A stretch of DNA of 42,919 bases, taken from positions 1 to 42,919 of IMG/VR virus record IMGVR_UViG_3300008085_000053. One strand, given 5' to 3'. The notes under the pieces are model-generated. The model was not told where the DNA came from. It saw only the letters and a list, made by a program, of their open reading frames with translations, and ran no database searches. The translations under genes were made by a program, and so were the position numbers. The stretch is from a virus (taxonomy: Duplodnaviria > Caudoviricetes). Positions 35,415-42,504 of this stretch are shown piece after piece. The stretch's first letter is position 1. Each line of letters starts with the position of its first letter.

Positions 35415-35571
35415 TGGCTTCTCTCCGTTCTATGCAGGCCGAACAGTCACAGTCCGTCTCCGTGCAATTGCAACATTCCTGGCAGCAGTTGCAGCCCTCG
35501 CAAAGGGCTCCAACTTCGCTGTCATGCCCGCGACACGCTTCGCAGACGTATAGGTCTTCAAGCCTCTGCAT
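35407..35571 (-). CDS. Small Cys-rich protein (12 Cys in 54 aa)
   Basis: MQRLEDLYVCEACRGHDSEVGALCEGCNCCQECCNCTETDCDCSACIERREANE; fills the gap between exonuclease and ligase, overlapping both. Confidence 0.6.
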   Translation of the reverse strand: MQRLEDLYVCEACRGHDSEVGALCEGCNCCQECCNCTETDCDCSACIERREANE

Positions 35572-36448
35572 CAGGAATTGTCCGCTGGTGATGCGTGAAC
35601 CGCATCTTCTTTTCCATGGCGTCGCCAACCGCATCCGAGGCTTGAGGACTGAGGTCTTCAATATCCCCTTTCTCCTCCATCATCAACTGCACCGCATGGA
35701 GGTCCGCAATCTCGTTCTCCAGCAGGCCGCGGTTGGTGACGCTGGGGTTGTCAGGATGGAAGCTCTCGTAGCCATGACGGAGGATTTTGCCCACAGCCTG
35801 AGCAATCTCGCCTGCTTCCTCAGCGAGCATAGCAAGGCGCTCCAGCTCAGCCGGCGACACTTTGCTGTAAGGGCGGAAATTGTTGAGGGCCATCCACAGG
35901 CACTTGATTTGGTGATGGCAGTCAGCAAGGGCATTGTGATGCTTGCCCGTCCGCTTCATCGTGCTCGGATCGTATCCAGCAACATCGTAAGCGGTGCGGG
36001 TGTCACGCTGAGACCAGAATGGCCACGGCGGCGTGTTGTTGGTCTTGCCTTCACGCACACGCCGGTAAAGCTCGGCCAGGATCGGGAAGTCGAAGTCTTG
36101 CCCTTGGCACCAGACGGTGTTCAGTTCAAAACCTTCGCTTTCGTAGTGGTATTGCATCCACTTGTCGAGAGCTTCCAGCACTTCGCCGATCGGCTTGGTG
36201 TTGGCCTCTTGATACTTGTCGCTCATCACCTCCTCGATCCACTCCGGGTCTTCACGTGCCCAGAAGTCCATTGTGTCAGCCGACACAGTGGTGTGAAACG
36301 GAAGCTGGCTAGCGATGTTCACTTCCATGTAAAACATGCCATTGCCACAGCTCCATGCGGTGTCCCGGTCGAACAGCACGGCACCAATCGAGAGCACGGT
36401 GGCCCCCGGTTTTGTGTCGAGCGTTTCCAGGTCAAGCATCAAATCCAT
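35558..36448 (-). CDS. DEDDh 3'-5' exonuclease fused to MazG-like domain
   Basis: MLDLETL; WCQG.DFDFPIL; RDTRT; HNALADC.HQ; then ERLAMLAEEAGEIAQAVGKILRHGY..LENEIADL. Confidence 0.82.
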   Translation of the reverse strand: MDLMLDLETLDTKPGATVLSIGAVLFDRDTAWSCGNGMFYMEVNIASQLPFHTTVSADTMDFWAREDPEWIEEVMSDKYQEANTKPIGEVLEALDKWMQYHYESEGFELNTVWCQGQDFDFPILAELYRRVREGKTNNTPPWPFWSQRDTRTAYDVAGYDPSTMKRTGKHHNALADCHHQIKCLWMALNNFRPYSKVSPAELERLAMLAEEAGEIAQAVGKILRHGYESFHPDNPSVTNRGLLENEIADLHAVQLMMEEKGDIEDLSPQASDAVGDAMEKKMRFTHHQRTIPDAEA

Positions 36449-36707
36449 TGCTCATTCCTCTCTTAATTGCGTTCTGTCGAGTGCGTATCTCAACAGCATA
36501 CGCCATTTGCGCTTCGTGCATAACCTCCAAAGCTTCAGTGGCATCGAAATGATTGCTGATGGCGAGACACTGCCATTTTTCGGGCTCCGTCTCTGTTGCA
36601 TGGGCAACCTTCTGCTCAATATGGTAAGTCCCCACATTCACGTGCATGACACGGAATACGAGGCTCAGCCCATACGAGACAGCATATGGAAAGCTCTGGT
36701 CGGCCAT
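36432..36707 (-). CDS. Hypothetical protein
   Basis: TGATG coupling, AAGGA RBS. Confidence 0.65.
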   Translation of the reverse strand: MADQSFPYAVSYGLSLVFRVMHVNVGTYHIEQKVAHATETEPEKWQCLAISNHFDATEALEVMHEAQMAYAVEIRTRQNAIKRGMSNGFDA

Positions 36708-36946
36708 CAGTCTTCTTCCTTCAGCTTCTCGTAGCTCTCGACCAGGGAAGCCACAAAGAAGGATGCCGCCTTCCGTTCCAAGTTGAAGCCCTGGAACTGC
36801 GCATCGAGGGCATGGCGCATTGCCTCGGCCTCATTGCCTTCGGGCAGCGCTTGGAACATAGCCCCGGCCATGGCGAGATGATGTGCGACCAGTGACGCTG
36901 CTTCATCCTGGTTGATGGTTGCCAAATCTACTTGAGCCCTTGACAT
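36707..36946 (-). CDS. Hypothetical protein
   Basis: AAAGGAGA RBS. Confidence 0.7.
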   Translation of the reverse strand: MSRAQVDLATINQDEAASLVAHHLAMAGAMFQALPEGNEAEAMRHALDAQFQGFNLERKAASFFVASLVESYEKLKEED

Positions 36947-36953
36947 GGTGTCT

Positions 36954-36981
36954 CCTTTATAGAACTGTGTTCTATGAACTT
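36954..36981. repeat. 28-bp hairpin repeat, copy 1
   Basis: CCTTTATAGAACTGTGTTCTATGAACTT. Confidence 0.75.
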
Positions 36982-36982
36982 G

Positions 36983-37009
36983 AAATGGGCCGGGACGCTA
37001 ATCCCGGCC
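36983..37009 (-). terminator. Possible terminator
   Basis: GGCCGGGA-6 nt-TCCCGGCC with a short U tract on the minus strand. Confidence 0.5.
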
Positions 37010-37260
37010 GGTTGGAATTTGTGGTGGCGGGGACGCGAAGTCATCATCCACCTCAGTTCGGCCCATTAACCCGTCACATATGGCAATCACCCGTTCCAAA
37101 CGATCTATTGACTTCATGCGGGACATATGAGCCTGTTCTTCCGGAATGCCCATGACATGCGAGAGCCAATGATAGGCCTCATTGCGTGTCATGAGCCGTT
37201 CTTTCCAAACCCGGTCGAAAGAGATGTGCGCCCTAACCTTAAGCTCGGCTAGGACAGCAC
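36998..37260 (-). pseudogene. DUF3268-like helical-domain gene with an out-of-frame 5' start (or a short CDS from 37192)
   Basis: ELKVRAHISFDRVWK..TRNEAYHWLSHVMGI...HM continues upstream of ATG 37192, but the RBS plus GTG at 37260 is one base out of frame. Confidence 0.45.
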
Positions 37261-37269
37261 GTGGGCCTC

Positions 37270-37824
37270 TTAGCCCTTCAGGCGTTCCGCCATCTTCTCG
37301 TGGGCTTCCTTCAGATCGTCCTTCGAGACCTCGCCCACGGCCTTGTAGCCCGTCCCGACGTCGGCGAGCACCTCGAAAACCGCAGCCTTGCCTTCCTTCT
37401 CCATCAGGTCACGTGCAAACCCGCGGAGAGTGTCGTTCGTCAGCTTTTCGGGGAGCGCGTAGGGCTCAGAAGCATCACCATTGCCGAGGGGGTCGCCCTC
37501 GTCGCCATCTTCGCTGCTTGCTTCATCTTCCGCCGGTTCTTTCGCATCTCCAGCGTCTTCGGGCTCGGGCTCAGGTTCGCCGGCGGCGTCTTCTTCCTGG
37601 GTTTCCTCGACTTCCGTTTCTTCGACGGCGGTTTCTTCGGTGGCAGCTTCGTCGTTGGTTCCGGCATCATCTTCCTCCGGGATGCTGACGCCGGCCACTG
37701 CAATGCTCCCGACTTGTTCGAACTTGAAGTTGGTGACCGCCTCGAGGATGCCCTCAAGCGCCGTCGCCGAACGCTCCTGGGCCGAGGCGAGCCGCTCAAG
37801 CTGCTCGTCAATGGTCTTCGTCAT
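37270..37824 (-). CDS. Acidic low-complexity protein with small helical C-terminal domain
   Basis: GAGGAG RBS before MTKT; Glu/Asp-rich linker; first gene of the leftward replication operon. Confidence 0.8.
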   Translation of the reverse strand: MTKTIDEQLERLASAQERSATALEGILEAVTNFKFEQVGSIAVAGVSIPEEDDAGTNDEAATEETAVEETEVEETQEEDAAGEPEPEPEDAGDAKEPAEDEASSEDGDEGDPLGNGDASEPYALPEKLTNDTLRGFARDLMEKEGKAAVFEVLADVGTGYKAVGEVSKDDLKEAHEKMAERLKG

Positions 37825-37867
37825 GGTTAGGCTCCTCTGTTCATGCCTTGTGATGTTCAACTATCTC

Positions 37868-37898
37868 ACTGTAGACAAGTCGGACTGTAGAAGAAACC
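37868..37898 (-). promoter_or_regulatory. Sigma70-type promoter (leftward member of a divergent pair)
   Basis: GG-TTTCTT N17 TACAGT; contains direct repeat ACTGTAGA x2. Confidence 0.5.
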
Positions 37899-37995
37899 CA
37901 CAAAATAGCCCCGGGGCGCTAGTATAGAAAGTCTTACGCGTGCGCGCGAAATTATGATGTGGTAAACCGGTGTTCGTAAAGCCTTGCGTTAAAAT

Positions 37996-38026
37996 GGTTT
38001 CCCGCGAAGCTCAAACAGTATATCCT
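37996..38026 (+). promoter_or_regulatory. Sigma70-type promoter for primase gene
   Basis: GG-TTTCCC N17 TATCCT. Confidence 0.6.
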
Positions 38027-38055
38027 GGTTGAGCGGATCATGGAGGAGAGCTGAA

Positions 38056-40392
38056 ATGGGTTCGCCCAAACTCTCCCTCGCTTTGTCTTACGCCAGCAAA
38101 GGCTGGTATGTATTCCCCATTAAAAAGGGAACCACGAACAAACCGAGGGTTAAGTGGGGCACTGATGCCACCACTGACACGAAGACTATCAATGGCTGGT
38201 GGAAAGCCTGGCCTGAAGACAACATTGGCATTGCTACAGGTCCCTCCGGCCTTTGCGTCGTTGACGTGGACATGAAGCATGGCAAGAATGGGCAGAAAAC
38301 CCTTGATGATCTGGAGCTTGACTATGGCGAGCTACCTAATACCCTTGCTGCAGTCACTCCTTCTGGGGGCCATCACCTGTATTTTAGCGGTGATGCCCGA
38401 ACTACTGTTGAACAAGTGGGCCCGGGCGTTGATACTCGTGGCTCTGGCGGCGCTGGCGGATACGTTCTGGCGCCAGGCTCTGTCACTGATGTAGGCGAGT
38501 ATGAATGGCGCGAGAGCAGCCAGATACCCGTTGCAGAACTTCCTGACTGGATACAACACCTTGCTGGGCGCCGTGCCAATCGTGAGCACACCCAGGAAGC
38601 GGTCGTCGACCAGGATCAGCCGCAATACATCGAATGGGCAACCGAGCATCTCAAGCACGACGCCAAACCAGCCATTGAAGGTTCGAAGGGCAACTCGACA
38701 ACCTTCTATCTCGCATGTGTGCTTCGTGAGAAAGGCCTCTCGCCAGAGAAGGCCACCGAACTCATGCTCGAGCATTGGAATGACCGATGCCAGCCGCCTT
38801 GGTCGGCGGAGGAACTTGGCAAGGTAGTCGAGAACGCATTCAACTATGCCAGCGTCGTGCCTCCTGGTGGAGATACCCCGGAGCATGACTTTGGGGACCC
38901 AGATATGCCTGACGACGAAGGCGAGTATGGCCCTGCTCCGCTTAACGGCGAGCAAGAGGAGAGATACTCTGGCATCATGGACGAATGGGTATGGATTGCC
39001 CAGGCCAAGATGTTCTACCGCCGCCGCGATGGCATGATGTTTGACACCAAGTCTTTTGACAGCATGTTCAACTATATGCTGGAAGGCAAGGGAAGCATCT
39101 CGACAGAAATCTTTGGAGCCAAGCGCTCTATGCGGAAGTTCGACAAGATGGACTTCCTGCCTGAGCAGGACGAGTTCTGTGGCCCGGTATATAACACCTG
39201 GAGACCGAGCGACCTGAAGCCCGCCGAAGGTGATCCGACGATCTTCCTTGAGCACATGGACTACATGTTTGAAGACCAGCGTGAGAAGAACCTCGTGCTG
39301 GACTACATGGCATGGTGCGTTCAGAACCCAGAGAAGAAGCCCAACTTTGCCATGGTTATCAAGGGCAAGCAAGGCACGGGTAAATCGTTCATTGGACAGG
39401 TGCTTGAGCGCATCTTTGGCCCGCACAATACCGGGCGGCCCATGAACGCGTCTATCCAATCGCAGTTCAACGGTTGGGCACGGAATGTCAAACTAGTCGT
39501 TATCGAGGAACTGATGGTCAAGGGTCGTGTTGACCTGATGAACCACCTCAAGCCAATGATTACAGACCCGTTGATTGAGATCAATGAGAAATACCAGCCT
39601 GCACAAAAGATCACCAATAACTGTGTGATCGTGGCCTTCACTAATCACGACGACGCTCTGCCTGTGGAAGACGACGATCGCAGGTATATGATTATCATCT
39701 CTGAAGCCTTCCCGAGAGGCGCTGCCTACTACGACCGCCTGTTCACATGGGCAGAAAAGGACAATGGCGATGCGATCATTTGGGACTGGCTGCTGAAGCG
39801 AGACATTGGCAAGTTCAACGGGAAAGGCCGTGCACCGACCAGTGCATCGAAGGACGAGATGCGAGAAGCGTCCCGGACAGACTACGATGCCAGATGGATG
39901 CACCTCTTTCAAAGTGGCTTGCCTCCGTTCCATGGTCAATATGTCACAGAGCAGGACCTTGTTGACGCCCTGCCCGAAAAGATGCAGATGAGAGGTAGCC
40001 GGGCACATGCCCGCAAGTTCCTCAACAACTCAGTTCCTGCCCTCAACACCAAGAAGCAGTCGCACACCAACATAGGACGTGTGATCCTCTGGGCTCTTGG
40101 CGGACCGGGCAAAGAATACAAGAACCACCCGGCAGCGCTCCGTGCTCTCAAAGAGCGAGAGGATGCACGGCCACCAAAGATGAAAGCCACCATCTACAAT
40201 CGCGAGATGAGCATAGAGTTCCAGCAGCAGGCTGAGGAAGCTGTCCTTGGATCAGATTGGGACGATGTGGTCGATGCAAACGACACATCTGCCGCTGTTG
40301 TGCGTCTACCTGATCGGCACCGAAGCTGCACAGACCGGACTGACGAAGCGATTGAAGACTTGATAAAGCGAGACGCCGATCCACTTGCGTGA
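38056..40392 (+). CDS. Bifunctional primase-polymerase (AEP Prim-Pol) with PriCT and P-loop helicase-like (DUF5906-type) domains
   Basis: GWYVFPI; NIGIATG.SGLCVVDVD; TPSGGHHLYF; GYVLAPGS; WNDRCQPPWS; GKQGTGKS; VVIEE; FTNH; DDRRY; GGAGGAG RBS before MGSP. Confidence 0.92.
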   Translation: MGSPKLSLALSYASKGWYVFPIKKGTTNKPRVKWGTDATTDTKTINGWWKAWPEDNIGIATGPSGLCVVDVDMKHGKNGQKTLDDLELDYGELPNTLAAVTPSGGHHLYFSGDARTTVEQVGPGVDTRGSGGAGGYVLAPGSVTDVGEYEWRESSQIPVAELPDWIQHLAGRRANREHTQEAVVDQDQPQYIEWATEHLKHDAKPAIEGSKGNSTTFYLACVLREKGLSPEKATELMLEHWNDRCQPPWSAEELGKVVENAFNYASVVPPGGDTPEHDFGDPDMPDDEGEYGPAPLNGEQEERYSGIMDEWVWIAQAKMFYRRRDGMMFDTKSFDSMFNYMLEGKGSISTEIFGAKRSMRKFDKMDFLPEQDEFCGPVYNTWRPSDLKPAEGDPTIFLEHMDYMFEDQREKNLVLDYMAWCVQNPEKKPNFAMVIKGKQGTGKSFIGQVLERIFGPHNTGRPMNASIQSQFNGWARNVKLVVIEELMVKGRVDLMNHLKPMITDPLIEINEKYQPAQKITNNCVIVAFTNHDDALPVEDDDRRYMIIISEAFPRGAAYYDRLFTWAEKDNGDAIIWDWLLKRDIGKFNGKGRAPTSASKDEMREASRTDYDARWMHLFQSGLPPFHGQYVTEQDLVDALPEKMQMRGSRAHARKFLNNSVPALNTKKQSHTNIGRVILWALGGPGKEYKNHPAALRALKEREDARPPKMKATIYNREMSIEFQQQAEEAVLGSDWDDVVDANDTSAAVVRLPDRHRSCTDRTDEAIEDLIKRDADPLA

Positions 40393-40457
40393 GGCGACGC
40401 TACGAATACCAGGGACCTCCATGTGTCCGCAAACCCTGAGAGCTATCTCCCTGGTTT

Positions 40458-40509
40458 GGCCCCGGCGGAAGTAACCACGAAAGTGGGAACAACCCCGGGG
40501 CCTTCTTTT
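40458..40509 (+). terminator. Terminator-like structure between convergent genes
   Basis: GGCCCCGG...CCAC-GAAA-GTGG...CCGGGGCC-TTCTTTT. Confidence 0.55.
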
Positions 40510-40712
40510 CACTTGCCGCCGGTTATCACACGGAAGCGACCCGTCTTGGTTCCGCCAATGTAGAGTTGCTCGGCAGAGATGCGAAAGCATCCAGACGCCT
40601 CCTTGCGCCAGTGGTCAGCCTTCTCGCGGTCACCGTCCTGTTCAGACAGTGCCGCCATCTGCAGGCATTTGAAAGCCACGTTGCGTGCGCCCATTCCTTG
40701 CTTGAGGGTCAT
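40509..40712 (-). CDS. Hypothetical protein
   Basis: ATGA coupling to upstream gene. Confidence 0.6.
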   Translation of the reverse strand: MTLKQGMGARNVAFKCLQMAALSEQDGDREKADHWRKEASGCFRISAEQLYIGGTKTGRFRVITGGK

Positions 40713-41023
40713 ACTTCTATCTCCATGCTCACGACGTCCATGTTCTTCAGCCGGCGCTCAGGGACATTTTCAGTGTGCCAGCTCTCGTCACACTCGCCGC
40801 CTTCGAAAGGATCAGAGTAGCAGGTTTGAGTAACGCTTGTGCGTCCCTGCAACCACCAACGAAGGGAGGCGAACGTGGATTGACTTGAGGTGTATAAACG
40901 GGGCGGCACACCTGAGCCAGCCGGGACTAGCTCTTGATGGGTGCCACCTCGACCACCACGACCCAGAGGATTTGGCATGTAGTCGCCAGTATCCAGGTCT
41001 TTGATGATATAGAAGGTGGTCAT
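40709..41023 (-). CDS. Hypothetical protein
   Basis: GGAGGAGG RBS; ATGA coupling. Confidence 0.7.
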   Translation of the reverse strand: MTTFYIIKDLDTGDYMPNPLGRGGRGGTHQELVPAGSGVPPRLYTSSQSTFASLRWWLQGRTSVTQTCYSDPFEGGECDESWHTENVPERRLKNMDVVSMEIEV

Positions 41024-41334
41024 TTAGCCTCCTCCAACATGCCGTGCTTGCGGAGGCACTCCAAGGCGTAGCCGATTGGACAGTCGTTCCGTGTCCAGCC
41101 GTCTATGGCATAGACCTGGTCTTGACGGTGCCTCATCATATTGATGTCGGCCTCAGTCGGGTGATCGTTTCTCGACAGGTCCCAAATAACGTTCTCCGGC
41201 CCGTCGTCGAAGTGATACATAAGCCCGTTGCGGGTCAGCATGTCAATGTAGGCCTTGGCATCATCCATTGAGATGATGTCTTGGTGATGGAGAAGGACGT
41301 AGTCCAGTGCAGGAAGGTGGTTGATGAGGGACAT
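41020..41334 (-). CDS. Hypothetical protein
   Basis: GGAGG RBS; TGATG coupling; YHFDD.P motif. Confidence 0.7.
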   Translation of the reverse strand: MSLINHLPALDYVLLHHQDIISMDDAKAYIDMLTRNGLMYHFDDGPENVIWDLSRNDHPTEADINMMRHRQDQVYAIDGWTRNDCPIGYALECLRKHGMLEEAK

Positions 41335-41810
41335 CACTGTCCCTCCGTCGCGGGTGCCGTCGGAACGGGATCAACCATCTGGATGCGACCGCCCATGGAC
41401 TTGTGCCAGGCCACTTCATCCTCTGTGGCGGGACGGAAGGACATGATGTTTCCACGGCCTGCGTCCAGTTCGGCTTCCCGTCGGGCAGCGGACTTGTCTA
41501 GGGAGACATAGATGCCACCCGATCCGCCGTAGAGGCTGGCCAGGTAATGGTGAGAAACCGTCGGCTCGGGTTCCTTGGTCGACCTGGCCGTCTTGGCGAG
41601 TTCCACCAGGCAGTGGTATTCGTGGGTCATGAAGTTAAACGCCGGCGTGTATCCAACCTTGCCGAGGGCGAAGACCATCGTCTCTGCCTCGTCGGGTTCA
41701 TAGAACTCGTGGTCTTTGAGGATAGCACCCCAGATAGCCTGCATGACGTTTAGGTGGGCATGGAACTCCTTAACATGGATCGGAGCCCGTTCGGTTATTG
41801 TGGTAGGCAT
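41334..41810 (-). CDS. Hypothetical protein
   Basis: AAAGGA RBS; first gene after promoter 41857-41887. Confidence 0.7.
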   Translation of the reverse strand: MPTTITERAPIHVKEFHAHLNVMQAIWGAILKDHEFYEPDEAETMVFALGKVGYTPAFNFMTHEYHCLVELAKTARSTKEPEPTVSHHYLASLYGGSGGIYVSLDKSAARREAELDAGRGNIMSFRPATEDEVAWHKSMGGRIQMVDPVPTAPATEGQ

Positions 41811-41819
41811 GATGTTTTT

Positions 41820-41847
41820 CCTTTATAGGACTGCGTCCTGTGAACTT
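41820..41847. repeat. 28-bp hairpin repeat, copy 2
   Basis: CCTTTATAGGACTGCGTCCTGTGAACTT. Confidence 0.75.
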
Positions 41848-41856
41848 ACTGTAAAT

Positions 41857-41887
41857 AGAATATCGTGATAGAGTAGAGAAGTAAACT
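41857..41887 (-). promoter_or_regulatory. Sigma70-type promoter
   Basis: AG-TTTACT N17 TATTCT followed by ATTTA, as in the 18.5 kb and 30.5 kb promoters. Confidence 0.75.
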
Positions 41888-41978
41888 AGTGATCGTCGAC
41901 CAAGACTACTGTTGGAAGTGCTTCTGCACATGCTGTAAACCATCGCGACGGTCGGTGGAAATAGCCCGGGGTCCTATG

Positions 41979-42006
41979 CCTTTATAGGGCTCTGCCCTAT
42001 GAACCT
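41979..42006. repeat. 28-bp hairpin repeat, copy 3
   Basis: CCTTTATAGGGCTCTGCCCTATGAACCT. Confidence 0.75.
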
Positions 42007-42148
42007 AGTCGCGGAGGCTGAGCTTCCGCTCTGACCGCGTCATAGCGGTGCTAAACGCTAGGCTGACAACCTGAGCACAGATTAGAGCGCACAGGAGTGA
42101 GGCGGTAGAGACTGTTCAAAGAGGTGAGGCCCACTGATTAAGCTCCTA

Positions 42149-42419
42149 GCGACTGCGCCAGCGACTGTGCGCAGTCGACGCTTAAGCGCATGATATTAAA
42201 AGCGAATGAGGCTTTTTCGGCTTTGACTGCGTGCTTCGAAAACCTTTTTTACGTAACGTATATAGTGGATAGGTATACCCTTTATATCCTTGCATACATT
42301 ATTTTTCTTAGAAAGTCATAGTCAAAAGTCAAAAGGATACCTAAGTGCTTAAAAACAAACGCTTTCAATGCGACTACGCGTTGACTACCCCACGAGTTTT
42401 GACTACGCCGCTAATAGTC
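42149..42419. other. Candidate replication origin (AT-rich core with GACT repeats)
   Basis: Non-coding; AT-rich at about 42240-42360; 11 GACT/AGTC cores; short palindromes. Confidence 0.45.
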
Positions 42420-42504
42420 GGATTGCTGTAAGTAGGATAAGTGTCATCCTACAAAGGAGAACCAAGCGCTCGGTTCTCTTGGTCGCCATGCCCAACACGC
42501 CCAC

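Noticed and set aside
15472-39459. Long opposite-strand ORFs such as 15472-16197, 23142-24215, 30497-31204, 35414-36466 and 38332-39459
   Set aside because: They lie antisense to genes with clear catalytic motifs and have no independent evidence
37903-41971. AAATAGCCC(C)GGGG at 37903 and 41959
   Set aside because: Only two imperfect copies, at different distances from promoters; too weak to call an operator
42182-42199. Possible CtrA box TTAA-N10-TTAA (also GTAA-N9-TTAA near 37976)
   Set aside because: Spacing is not the canonical 7 nt; no perfect CtrA box was found by eye in intergenic regions, although a PWM scan was not run
41890-42500. tRNA genes in the long intergenic region
   Set aside because: No cloverleaf with properly placed D and T loops could be built
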